A stretch of DNA of 32,000 nucleotides from Candidatus Heimdallarchaeota archaeon B3_Heim (GTDB taxonomy: Archaea; Asgardarchaeota; Heimdallarchaeia; Hodarchaeales; Hodarchaeaceae), in the NCBI GenBank assembly GCA_003144275.1, contig NJBF01000030.1, forward strand, positions 25,586 to 57,585, read 5' to 3'. The stretch's first letter is position 1; every line of letters starts with the position of its first letter. Under the pieces are notes generated by a model. It saw nothing but the letters and a program-made list of their open reading frames with translations, made no database searches and had not been told where the DNA came from. Below, piece by piece: positions 9,078 to 18,395 of the stretch. The position numbers were made by a program, and so were the translations under genes.

Positions 9078-9875
9078 ATGTCGGACTCTGAATATTCCAA
9101 TCTTCTTTCTGAATTTACAACTGCAGTCGAATCTGAACTACTAGCCTATGTACGTGGTTTGATTTTATATGGATCGTTTCAAAAAGAGCAAGATAAAGGA
9201 CCAGGATGGATTATTCCCGGAACTTCTGACTTAGATTTAATTTTGATCATCGATGTAGATGATATCAATCCTAAGAAACCCCCTAGGCGTTTTGCAAAAA
9301 TTGGTGAGACATTGTCAGTTTTTTTTGTCCACCCAGTATATGCACCAGTATTAGATTTAAGAATCCTTGAATATCATGATCTACCTGCCAAGCTTGGAAT
9401 GGCCTTTTCTCCAATTCATGCAGAATCCGCTTCCCGTTATGGAGAAGTTCTTCTTGGGAATAATGTTCTCGAAAATTTCACTTTCTCAGAAACCCAGTTG
9501 AGTCGTTGTACTAAAATTGCTATAAATCAAGCTTATGAGTCGATAAAAAGTGACTACTTACAACGAGTAGTGATTGGTGAGCAACCTTTAACTTATGAGT
9601 TTGCTGATCTCATGCTCGATATAGCACACTCTACATTAGCATTCAAAGGAAAATTGGATTTGGTACGTTCCGAAGTACCAGAAGAATTTGATAAGTTGCT
9701 TGGAGACGATTTGGGAGCCACTAGTGTTGATATAGTCTATGAAGCGAAGAAATATCGGATGGGTTCTCAGAAGATGCGCCGCTCAGATTTTATTCGAGGG
9801 TGTATGGAAGTCTCTCAAAAAGTTATGAAATATATTCGAGACCCATTTACATTTGAAGAAAATAAAAAAGCATAA
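9078..9875 (+). CDS. Pol-beta-superfamily nucleotidyltransferase with helical C-terminal domain
   Basis: LILYGSF...SDLDLILII (GS + DxD) plus a likely third Asp in LDLR. The C-terminal half is helical, as in MNT-HEPN or KNTase-like proteins. Confidence 0.78.
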   Translation: MSDSEYSNLLSEFTTAVESELLAYVRGLILYGSFQKEQDKGPGWIIPGTSDLDLILIIDVDDINPKKPPRRFAKIGETLSVFFVHPVYAPVLDLRILEYHDLPAKLGMAFSPIHAESASRYGEVLLGNNVLENFTFSETQLSRCTKIAINQAYESIKSDYLQRVVIGEQPLTYEFADLMLDIAHSTLAFKGKLDLVRSEVPEEFDKLLGDDLGATSVDIVYEAKKYRMGSQKMRRSDFIRGCMEVSQKVMKYIRDPFTFEENKKA

Positions 9876-9972
9876 ATAAATGAAAATAGTCTTGTAAGTT
9901 CTGAAAATTCTTTGAGAATTAAATCTATGGATTTTTCTATTAATTTTTTATATACCAGTATTATCCTGAGAA

Positions 9973-10131
9973 ATGGCAATGAACCTCAAATTAATGACAT
10001 TGGCTTCAATTATTTCTGGTTTATTAGTACTTACAGTATTGAATGTTGTATTCTTTGTTCCACAAGCGAGTTCATCTTATCATGATTTTCTTTGTCACTT
10101 TTCAGGAGGAACTCTAATTGAAACTGAATAA
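9973..10131 (+). CDS. Small 52-aa membrane or secreted peptide (below the ORF-track cutoff)
   Basis: Manual translation: MAMNLKLMTLASIISGLLVLTVLNVVFFVPQASSSYHDFLCHFSGGTLIETE*. It has a hydrophobic core and overlaps the start of the next gene. Confidence 0.5.
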   Translation: MAMNLKLMTLASIISGLLVLTVLNVVFFVPQASSSYHDFLCHFSGGTLIETE

Positions 10132-11245
10132 TGATACAAATAGCCCCGATCGAAATGGCGAGTCACCTGCTCATATTCCGTGGATTAAACCTGAATTGGT
10201 AAAACGACGGAGAAAGAATCCTTATTTTCAAACAAGTGATTTAGTAATTATTGCATTATTTAGCAGTTTAGGTGGAATTTTTAGTACCTTTATTGGATAT
10301 TTAGCTAATTTATTAAACAGTATATTGGGAATCCCATTCGGAGGAGGTCAAGTTTTAGCTGGTCTTCATATTTTCTGGCTTGTATTCATTTTTCTCCTCA
10401 CAGATAAGAAGGTGGGTGTAGCATTTTCTGCTGGAGTCTTGAAAGGCTTTGTAGAATTTTTTACAGGTAATGCACACGGGTTACTAGTTATTCTCCTCTC
10501 TTCAAGTCAAGGCTTAATCATTGAATTGATTTTAATCCTATTTCTAGGGACAAAAAGAAGGAGTATCATAGCAATAGCTGCTGGATTTGCGGGGTTATCG
10601 AATGTTATTTTACAACAATTGTTATTTTTCAATTCTCAGATACCAATTACTTTCATTGCCTTGATAGGACTAATAAGCTTTATTTCAGGAATTACATTAG
10701 GAGGATTATTCCCTCTTTCAGTGTTTTATATTTTCAATAGATCACCGATTTTACAGTGGAGAAAACCGCTATCGTTATCTCCCAGATATCTAAGGAAAAT
10801 TCAAGCTATTCGGATTAGCATTATTGTGATATTACTTCTCGCAGAAGTCTCTGTCATTGTTTTCTTGATGTCTCAAAATAAATATTCTATAGAAATTACG
10901 GGGGAAGTATATAATCCTTATACATTCTACGTGGGTGACTTCCCTAAAATCACTATTGAAGCTGAGTTAATTGGTGATGTAACTTATGTACCTCCAAAGA
11001 ATTATACTGGTGTACCACTGTACCTTGCAATCGAAAAAGCACAGCCAAGACTTCAAAGCTATTATATACAATTGAGAGCTACTGATGGCTATTCTGTAAG
11101 GTTTAATTCAACTGAAGTAGATAAAAATGATAATATTATTATTTCCTCAGAGGATGGTAGATTAAGAATCGTTGCTGGTCACTATCACGGGAGTTACTGG
11201 ATAAAAAATATTGCCTCTATTGAATTAACTGCTTTACCTTCCTAA
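10118..11245 (+). CDS. ECF transporter S-component fused to a C-terminal molybdopterin-oxidoreductase-like soluble domain
   Basis: About 6 TM helices starting FQTSDLVIIALFSSLGG, directly upstream of ECF ATPase and T genes. The C-terminal ~120 aa (IEITGEV...YTGVPL...ATDGYS...LRIVAGHYHGSYWIKNIASIEL) resemble the Oxidored_molyb fold. GGAGGA SD precedes the TTG start. Confidence 0.8.
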   Translation: MKLNNDTNSPDRNGESPAHIPWIKPELVKRRRKNPYFQTSDLVIIALFSSLGGIFSTFIGYLANLLNSILGIPFGGGQVLAGLHIFWLVFIFLLTDKKVGVAFSAGVLKGFVEFFTGNAHGLLVILLSSSQGLIIELILILFLGTKRRSIIAIAAGFAGLSNVILQQLLFFNSQIPITFIALIGLISFISGITLGGLFPLSVFYIFNRSPILQWRKPLSLSPRYLRKIQAIRISIIVILLLAEVSVIVFLMSQNKYSIEITGEVYNPYTFYVGDFPKITIEAELIGDVTYVPPKNYTGVPLYLAIEKAQPRLQSYYIQLRATDGYSVRFNSTEVDKNDNIIISSEDGRLRIVAGHYHGSYWIKNIASIELTALPS

Positions 11246-11323
11246 TCAACCATAAAATCTTTATAGTTCCGAAATAGGAAAAGAAATTTGATTAACCGTT
11301 GGTATGAATAATTTCGACTAACA

Positions 11324-12820
11324 ATGGATTCTAATCAGATAATCATCCAATTGAATGATGTAAACTTTCAATATTCTGATTCTCAACCCAAAGTTATTTC
11401 AAATATGTGTTTAAAGATTCAAAAGGCAGAATTTATCGTAATTACAGGAAAGAGTGGTAGTGGAAAATCAACACTGGCATTAATATTGAGTGGATTTATT
11501 CCGCATCTAGTAGGGGGAAAATTCGAAGGTGAAGTTTCTTATCAAGGTATAGAAACCCAGACATTAACCTTAGGTGAAATTAGTCAACTAGCTGGACTAG
11601 TCCATCAAGATCCAGAAAACCAAATTGTAACCTCAAACGTTTTGGAAGAACTTGCGTTCGGGCCAGAAAACCTAAACCTCTCCAAGGACGAGATTACTAA
11701 ACGAATAAAGTTTTGCTTATCAGCAACGAATTTACATGAATTCATTTCCAGGTCCACCGATGAGCTTTCGGGAGGAGAAAAGCAAAGAGTAGCCCTTGCC
11801 TCTTTACTTGCAATGGGAGGATCTGTGTTAATTCTAGATGAACCAACATCATATCTAGATTTGGTAAATAGGACACAAGTACTGAAAACACTTCAGAGCT
11901 TAAATTTATTACAAGAAATGACAATAATTGTTATAGATCATCAACCAGAAATTTATAAGGATCTATTAACAAGACTTATCGTCCTTGATGAAGGTAGGAT
12001 TAGTGGAGATTATATTAAGGATGAGATCGATTTTTTTCCATACCAAGTTCCATTAAAATCTCTAGAAAGTATCCGAGACCTTTCCGCTATCAAACCAATG
12101 ACGAATGTAATTAAAACAAAGAACTACAATGTTTTTATTAAAAAAAATAGGATTCTATCCAATATATCTTTGAACCTCTATTCTGGTCTAATTTATGGGA
12201 TAATTGGTCGGAATGGATCAGGAAAAACTACATTTGCTAACTCTCTTTTAAATTTGCTTATAACAAAAGGAGATGTATCAATTTTAGGCGAAAATTCAAC
12301 AAAAATCCCTACTTATAAGTTAGCAAAGGATTGTGGATTGATCTTTCAAAATCCTAATCATCAAATTTTCGAACAAACTGTAGAGAAAGAATTACTTTTC
12401 GCACCTTTAAACCTGAATTTAGATTCTCAAATTACTGCTGCAAAAGTAAATCAACTTCTATGTGATTCATCATTACAACAATATACAAATTATCCTCCAT
12501 TCGGTTTATCATTTGGTGAGAAACGAAGATTGACGGTTATTTCCGTAGATGTTTATACACCATCGATATTAATTTTGGACGAACCCTTCATCGGTCAGGA
12601 TCGCTATAATTTTGAATTTATATTAAAAATCTTAGAGAAGAGAAAAAAGAATGGATTAATATCAATTATTATCTCTCATCGAAAAGAATTATTTAATTTG
12701 GTTGATAAGTTCATTGTTTTCGATGAGGGGCGTCTAATAGCAGAAGGAAGTCCAGAGGATCTTGTACCATTACTCAAGAACAAGCTATTATATCCGATAT
12801 CACACGAGGTTTTGTGGTGA
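11324..12820 (+). CDS. ecfA: ECF transporter duplicated ATPase (EcfA-A' fusion)
   Basis: Two ABC cassettes: GKSGSGKST / LSGGEKQR / LILDEP and GRNGSGKTT / FQNP / LSFGEKRR / LILDEP. Confidence 0.93.
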   Translation: MDSNQIIIQLNDVNFQYSDSQPKVISNMCLKIQKAEFIVITGKSGSGKSTLALILSGFIPHLVGGKFEGEVSYQGIETQTLTLGEISQLAGLVHQDPENQIVTSNVLEELAFGPENLNLSKDEITKRIKFCLSATNLHEFISRSTDELSGGEKQRVALASLLAMGGSVLILDEPTSYLDLVNRTQVLKTLQSLNLLQEMTIIVIDHQPEIYKDLLTRLIVLDEGRISGDYIKDEIDFFPYQVPLKSLESIRDLSAIKPMTNVIKTKNYNVFIKKNRILSNISLNLYSGLIYGIIGRNGSGKTTFANSLLNLLITKGDVSILGENSTKIPTYKLAKDCGLIFQNPNHQIFEQTVEKELLFAPLNLNLDSQITAAKVNQLLCDSSLQQYTNYPPFGLSFGEKRRLTVISVDVYTPSILILDEPFIGQDRYNFEFILKILEKRKKNGLISIIISHRKELFNLVDKFIVFDEGRLIAEGSPEDLVPLLKNKLLYPISHEVLW

Positions 12821-13614
12821 AAGATAATTACATCCCTGTAAATTCGGATTGGCCCTCTTTTACAACCCCAACTAGAACTATGAATCCAGTAATAAAATTT
12901 CTAGCAATTACATTAATAGCAATTTACTATTTTATAATTACTGATTTAATTAGAATGTATTCTCTGATTTTTATTGTTCTAATTTACTATAATTTCAAAT
13001 CATTCCCATATCAGGTGTCAAAACCTAAATATAGGTTTTTGATAATATTTTCCCTTTTGATCTTCTTAGTTCAAGCATTTGCAAACAACCAGGGTAAATT
13101 AGTATTTTATCTAATTCCAAGGATAATTGAGGTAGGTCCTTTCATTCCTATTCATGAAAACGGGTTATTTCTTGGTTTGTTACTTGTGGGGCGGTTTTGG
13201 GGGGTAATAACAATATCATGGGTATTTATTGACTCGACTAATCCATTTGACTTTGCACAGTCACTAACACAATTAAAAGTCCCATATCGGCTCGCTTACT
13301 CTCTTAGCCTTGCTCTACGTTTTACGCCAGTGTTAAACAATGAAATAATGACTATTCGAAATGCTCAACAAACTCGTGGATTAAATACCAACCCAAATTC
13401 GCTAAAAGGGACGTTCAACCTGTTAAAATTTACTTTATTCCCAATAATAAGTTCAACATTAAGTAGGATCAAAGATATAACATTAAGTATGGAAGGAAGA
13501 GCATTCGGGTTATACGTTGATCGAACCCCTCTAAAAGAGATACCTTTTCGAATTTCTGACATGATGCTATACCTAATGTTAATGATGGTACTTTGGTTAC
13601 TTTTGATTATCTAG
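12814..13614 (+). CDS. ecfT: ECF transporter transmembrane T component
   Basis: CbiQ/EcfT motifs LALRFTPVL, AQQTRG and MEGRAF. Overlaps the ATPase stop codon. Confidence 0.92.
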   Translation: MVKDNYIPVNSDWPSFTTPTRTMNPVIKFLAITLIAIYYFIITDLIRMYSLIFIVLIYYNFKSFPYQVSKPKYRFLIIFSLLIFLVQAFANNQGKLVFYLIPRIIEVGPFIPIHENGLFLGLLLVGRFWGVITISWVFIDSTNPFDFAQSLTQLKVPYRLAYSLSLALRFTPVLNNEIMTIRNAQQTRGLNTNPNSLKGTFNLLKFTLFPIISSTLSRIKDITLSMEGRAFGLYVDRTPLKEIPFRISDMMLYLMLMMVLWLLLII

Positions 13615-13697
13615 GTGGTATACAGAAATAAATTACTTAAATTAATCAGTTTTGTAGTATTAAATAATTAATTTCTTCTATTTCACGCAAAGAATAG

Positions 13698-14426
13698 GTG
13701 AGAGCAATTCAATCACATGGAAAAGACCACCCACCTTCTGATAAACCTTTGATAAAGTGTAGAATAGTTTTGATAGATATTGAAGAGCTCCATGGACATG
13801 AACAAGTAGTTGAATCTCAAGTAAATTATTTAAAGACAAATTTACAGCAGTTAGGATATTTTTTTCGACCAATATTAGTTGTGAAAAAACATAATGTAGT
13901 TTTAGATGGCCATCACCGAATTCAGGCGCTTAAAGAATTAGGAGGAGTAAGAATTCCTTGCATAGAAATTCCTTATCTGAAAAATGAGGATATAAGACTA
14001 GCAACATGGTTCCCTATATATACTGGACAATCAGGTAAATTTCCTGGAGAATTGAATACGCTAAAAATTGAATCTAGACCAGTTATATCATTAGATTCTA
14101 AATTCTTTTCAAATCCAGAATATGGATTCACTTTATTTGCGAAAAATGGGCAATGGCTATTGAAGGGGAGTCAAAAATCGCTCTATAATTTATTCCTTGA
14201 ATATTATGACCCTGAAAAATTCGAGTATGTCAAAACGCCTAGTTATGCTATTAATTCAGTGAATAATGGTTATTCTTCCTTTACCTTATTACGCAAAACA
14301 TTAACTAAGCAAGATGTATTAAAGACTGCAGTCTCAGGAAAGGTTTTTGCACCAAAAACTACAAGGCATATACTTACTTTTCGTTATCAAGATATTAAAG
14401 TACCCCTTGAGAATTTGTTTAATTAA
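13698..14426 (+). CDS. serK: ADP-dependent free serine kinase (ParB/Srx fold)
   Basis: HEQ, RPILV, LDGHHR, TWFP and VFAPKTTRH plus C-terminal VPLENLF match Thermococcus SerK as I recall it; 242 aa. Confidence 0.82.
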   Translation: MRAIQSHGKDHPPSDKPLIKCRIVLIDIEELHGHEQVVESQVNYLKTNLQQLGYFFRPILVVKKHNVVLDGHHRIQALKELGGVRIPCIEIPYLKNEDIRLATWFPIYTGQSGKFPGELNTLKIESRPVISLDSKFFSNPEYGFTLFAKNGQWLLKGSQKSLYNLFLEYYDPEKFEYVKTPSYAINSVNNGYSSFTLLRKTLTKQDVLKTAVSGKVFAPKTTRHILTFRYQDIKVPLENLFN

Positions 14427-14445
14427 GAACTGATGGTGTAAGCAA

Positions 14446-16134
14446 TTGGATATAGAACTTATACAAGTTACGGGAACGAAGGGGATAATCGAGGGAATGA
14501 AAACCTCTCGTCGTAAGAGTGAAATCGAAAATATTCCTCAAAAAGTGTTTAGCTGGGGACATTGGTCTGTACTGGAACATAGTTCGATCACGGTAAAAAT
14601 TTCGAATATAAGTAGAGCCAGTTGTTATGATGAGGCTACACAAGTCTTGACTTCTTGTGGATGGAAAAATTTTTTCGACTTGAGGAAATCTGATGATATG
14701 TATACTTTGAATTCAAATAATCACACCATTGAGCTACACAAACCGTCTAGTATCATTCAAGAGAGATACAAGGGGAAGATGTACTCTCTTAAATCGTCAA
14801 AGATCGACCTTCTCGTCACACCAAACCATCGGATGTACATCTATCCATTTGATACCCAAAGAGCAAAGAAGGCCGGATCTAAAGGAAGGGGAAATCCCTC
14901 TCTCTGGGAGATAAGAACTGCCTCAGAAATCATAGGAAAAAGAAAAGCGTATAAAAAGACGGGAAAATTGAGAAGAAAACCAACATCCACCGTTAGAATT
15001 AAAGGAATGGTTCGAAAACACGGAAGAGGAAATACAGAATTAAAACCTCTAAAATTAAAAACTAACGATTTCCTAGAATTTTTGGGCTATTATCTTAGTG
15101 AAGGAAATATACATCATTCGAATGGAAGTGGTTATGATGTTGTTTTACACCAAGGTAATGAGAAGATTAGAAATAAAATGTACAACGTTATCAAAAGACT
15201 TGGATTCAAACCAAGAATTGTCACACCTAAGGAAAGAGTACCTCATGTAAGAACGTCATCATACCAGTTATATCATTATCTAAAGAAGCTAGGGAAAGCA
15301 AAATCGAAATTCATCCCTCGTGATATATTAAATTCAATCAATAAGGAACAAGCGAATATTTTGTTAAATTCGCTGATGGAGGGTGATGGATCTAAGTGGC
15401 ATGGAGCATGGCGATATTATACCATTTCAGAACAATTAGCAGATGATGTACAAGAGCTCACCCTATTAGCAGGACTTGCTGCCAATATAGCTATCTCAGA
15501 TAGATCTGGTAAAGGACATAGATGGAAAGATATGTACATAAAGTATAATTATCCAAGTTATGTTGTAAAAATCTTGACACGTCAAAACAATCCATTAGTG
15601 AATACGCATGGGAAAATAAATGATACATGGGTTGATTACGACGGAAATGTGTTTTGTGTTACTGTTCCAAATGGGATACTATATGTCAGAAGGAACGGAG
15701 TTCCTGTATGGTGCGGAAATTCCCATCAACTTGTGAGACACAGGGTTGGAAACTCGTATACCCAAGAATCACAGAGATATTTTGATCCTCTCACCGATCC
15801 TGATTGGTATGTTATTCCTCCAAGAATTAAAGAGAACAACGTTCTGTTAGATAAGTATCGGAAAGCTAGAAAGGAGGAGGCTAACGAGTACAGATTGTAT
15901 CGAGAGAATGGAATACCCAAGGAGGATGCGCGGTTCTGTTTACCCAATGCCTGTAAGACCGTCGTTACATGGACTTTCAATATGAGTAGCTTAATCTGGT
16001 TTCTGGAAATGCGAAAAACTAAAGCCGCTCAATGGGAAATCAGGATACTTGCAGAAAAAATTTACGATCTTGTAATGAGCTTACCAGAATGGGCTGAGTT
16101 CCTACAAAATTGGGAACCTGGGCAAAGAAGATAA
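14446..16134 (+). CDS. thyX: Flavin-dependent thymidylate synthase ThyX interrupted by an intein
   Basis: GHWSVLEH, SRAS|intein|SHQLVRHR..SYTQESQRY, EDARFCLP and AQWEIR. Predicted spliced product is 196 aa. Confidence 0.93.
   Translation: MDIELIQVTGTKGIIEGMKTSRRKSEIENIPQKVFSWGHWSVLEHSSITVKISNISRASCYDEATQVLTSCGWKNFFDLRKSDDMYTLNSNNHTIELHKPSSIIQERYKGKMYSLKSSKIDLLVTPNHRMYIYPFDTQRAKKAGSKGRGNPSLWEIRTASEIIGKRKAYKKTGKLRRKPTSTVRIKGMVRKHGRGNTELKPLKLKTNDFLEFLGYYLSEGNIHHSNGSGYDVVLHQGNEKIRNKMYNVIKRLGFKPRIVTPKERVPHVRTSSYQLYHYLKKLGKAKSKFIPRDILNSINKEQANILLNSLMEGDGSKWHGAWRYYTISEQLADDVQELTLLAGLAANIAISDRSGKGHRWKDMYIKYNYPSYVVKILTRQNNPLVNTHGKINDTWVDYDGNVFCVTVPNGILYVRRNGVPVWCGNSHQLVRHRVGNSYTQESQRYFDPLTDPDWYVIPPRIKENNVLLDKYRKARKEEANEYRLYRENGIPKEDARFCLPNACKTVVTWTFNMSSLIWFLEMRKTKAAQWEIRILAEKIYDLVMSLPEWAEFLQNWEPGQRR
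14623..15720 (+). mobile_element. 366-aa intein with LAGLIDADG homing endonuclease in thyX
   Basis: Starts CYDEATQVLT (block A), has block B VTPNHRM, endonuclease motifs FLGYYLSEG and LLNSLMEGDG, ends VTVPNGILYVRRNGVPVWCGN, and is followed by a Ser +1. Confidence 0.93.
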
Positions 16135-16306
16135 TCCTGTAGGGTTTTTTTAGAAAATTCGACCTTTTTCGTCTTGAATACAAATCACAAATGAATCATG
16201 AAAATAGAATCCTAAAATCGGGAATATGTAAATTAAGCTACAATTAAAAGCAACAAAATTCTCAATTTGATTGCATTCCTACTTCCTAAAAAAGGGGATT
16301 GATGCT

Positions 16307-17872
16307 ATGAATTCTTGCGATAAGGGAACTTTTGAAACAGATTCCAATCTTAAATTGCAAGATTACGGTGAAATTGCCCTCCACAGTAAAAATCAGTTTG
16401 AATTGCGACTTGATTATTCAGTTGATCCACAAGATGATGAAACGAAATTTGAACTTGAATCATATTTTTTTATTCCTCAAAGTTTCAGGGTAAATCAACA
16501 GAACTATTCAAAAGAACGATTCTACGAGGATATGCAGGTTTATATTAGGTTTAATCCTGTTTTAATGACTTTACAGGAAATTATTAATCCCAAAAATAGA
16601 ATCTCTCCTCTAAATCGAGCAGTGAAATTGCTTAAAGGTATTTTTGGCGGAGATACGTCTGTAAACACATTAACACAAATTATTCACGAATTGAAGATGC
16701 TAGCAGTGATTGTTACCGCTAGTATTGAAAAACATACCGAATCAATATGTACACTTCTCCAGATTGAAAACTTAACACATCAAAATCTTCTTGATACAAA
16801 AAAACAAGCTAAATCCTTATTAGAGCAGATTCAGGCGTTTAATTTTGCGTTTCAGAAGAAAAGAAATGAATTTTTAACCCCATTTACTCCTATCGAAGTG
16901 AAAGAGACTTTCGATTTTGTTTTAGAATATATTAGTATTTTTATACAAGCTGAATTAACAAAAATTCTCAATTTTCTTACTAAAGAAATACCATTAAGTG
17001 GTGACTTTACCGATTCAATTGAACTAATTAAAATACTTTTGAAAAAAGAACGAGATTTTCGATCTGCTTGTGGATTTACTTCCGTACTTAACAAAAATGA
17101 AGAAAATGAAGAGTTTCCTTATCGGTATTCAATTCTCAAGAAATTTATATCCAATGTATTATATTTGAAGGCTCGACCAGAGCCAAGCCCGAGAGTGATT
17201 AAAGAAATGACCTATGCAGCCGCTGCAGGTATAGCAATGTTAATAGCAGTGCTTCTTACCTATTTTGTACAATTACTTTTTGAGGATTATACATTACCTT
17301 TTATCACTGCTCTAGTTGTATCATATATGATCAAAGATCGTTTGAAAGATTGGTTGAAAATTATTTTTGGTCAAGAAGGGACATATAGAAAGTCATACGA
17401 TTATAAATCCACACTTAAAGATAATGAAGGGAATATTATTGGATACTCAAAAGAAGATTTTTGTTTTATCAAAAAAATCCCGCAAGACATTATGAATCAA
17501 AGAAGTAGCTCTCATTTGACGAAGATCGAAGGAGAAGGTAGACCTGAAAATATAATTAGGTATGTTAAATCAATAAAATTATTCCCAAAAACGATTTCCA
17601 AATATCATACTCGTGTATTAAATACAAGCGATATAATTCGATTTGATGTGACCAATTTCCTTTCCAAAATTGAAGATCCTTATAATCTTTACCAATGGTA
17701 CAATATTGAAAATCAACAGGTTGAACTTATCAATGCCGCAAGAGTCTACCATTTGAATTTTGTTGTGAAATTCACCCATCATAGTCTGAATGGGAAAATA
17801 ACAGATGTTGATCGTGTAAGATTCATATTAGATAAAAAAGGAATAAAGCGAATAGAAACCGAGTTTCTATAA
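16307..17872 (+). CDS. Hypothetical membrane protein (large soluble helical N-domain, 2 TM helices, beta-rich C-domain)
   Basis: The ORF track starts at TTG 16271; ATG 16307 after AAGGGGA is more likely. TM pair AAGIAMLIAVLL...FITALVVSYMIKDRLK. Confidence 0.75.
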   Translation: MNSCDKGTFETDSNLKLQDYGEIALHSKNQFELRLDYSVDPQDDETKFELESYFFIPQSFRVNQQNYSKERFYEDMQVYIRFNPVLMTLQEIINPKNRISPLNRAVKLLKGIFGGDTSVNTLTQIIHELKMLAVIVTASIEKHTESICTLLQIENLTHQNLLDTKKQAKSLLEQIQAFNFAFQKKRNEFLTPFTPIEVKETFDFVLEYISIFIQAELTKILNFLTKEIPLSGDFTDSIELIKILLKKERDFRSACGFTSVLNKNEENEEFPYRYSILKKFISNVLYLKARPEPSPRVIKEMTYAAAAGIAMLIAVLLTYFVQLLFEDYTLPFITALVVSYMIKDRLKDWLKIIFGQEGTYRKSYDYKSTLKDNEGNIIGYSKEDFCFIKKIPQDIMNQRSSSHLTKIEGEGRPENIIRYVKSIKLFPKTISKYHTRVLNTSDIIRFDVTNFLSKIEDPYNLYQWYNIENQQVELINAARVYHLNFVVKFTHHSLNGKITDVDRVRFILDKKGIKRIETEFL

Positions 17873-17891
17873 ACGTTTTCATGACATTACA

Positions 17892-18083
17892 TCATAATTT
17901 ATAACCAACAGTCGCATTAACTCGAAGCTGTTGATCTTCATAAATTGTTTCTGTACCAATCCAACCACCCGATGACGCAATTAACATCATTTTTCCAGTA
18001 CTAGATTTTTTGGGGTTTATGGGTAATCTAACAATAATTTCACTGTTTTCATTATCTATCTCTATACTAACCATTTTCATCAA
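17892..18083 (-). CDS. Small 63-aa protein of a type seen in mobile elements
   Basis: PKKSSTGKMMLIASSGG resembles the S.SGK...IAS.GG motif I associate with small phage/plasmid proteins. Divergent from the RHH-integrase pair. Confidence 0.6.
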   Translation of the reverse strand: MMKMVSIEIDNENSEIIVRLPINPKKSSTGKMMLIASSGGWIGTETIYEDQQLRVNATVGYKL

Positions 18084-18395
18084 CTTAAGACAATTTTAGC
18101 AATCGTGTTACTAATAAAAAAACAGACTTACTTAAATTTATTCATTTTCCATATAGGTTTAGACTATCTAACTTACAATTATGGCAAGGACAGAATTTGA
18201 ACTTGAATAGTGTGCCCCTAATTTATCTTATAACAGTGTCTTCATGATTTCTGTTTTGGATTATAACCGAGTTTTATTCAATGTTACATAATGATAAAAT
18301 ATTTAAACGTCGTCAATGAGTTATTTCATACTACAGAACCTATATAAATTCTACATATTTTTTTAGCTTGCCGTTTTAGAAAGGAGCTAAAATAC

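Noticed and set aside
5821-15980. Short ORFs 5821-6021, 6859-7083, 11742-11924, 13365-13562, 13678-13872, 14419-14643, 14729-14914 and 15726-15980
   Set aside because: All overlap well-supported longer genes, antisense or out of frame, and show no recognisable features.
18284-18311. dif-like sequence ATGTTACATAA-TGATAA-AATATTTAAAC near the integrase
   Set aside because: One arm resembles a Xer arm, but the other matches poorly, no second copy was seen and the region is very AT-rich.
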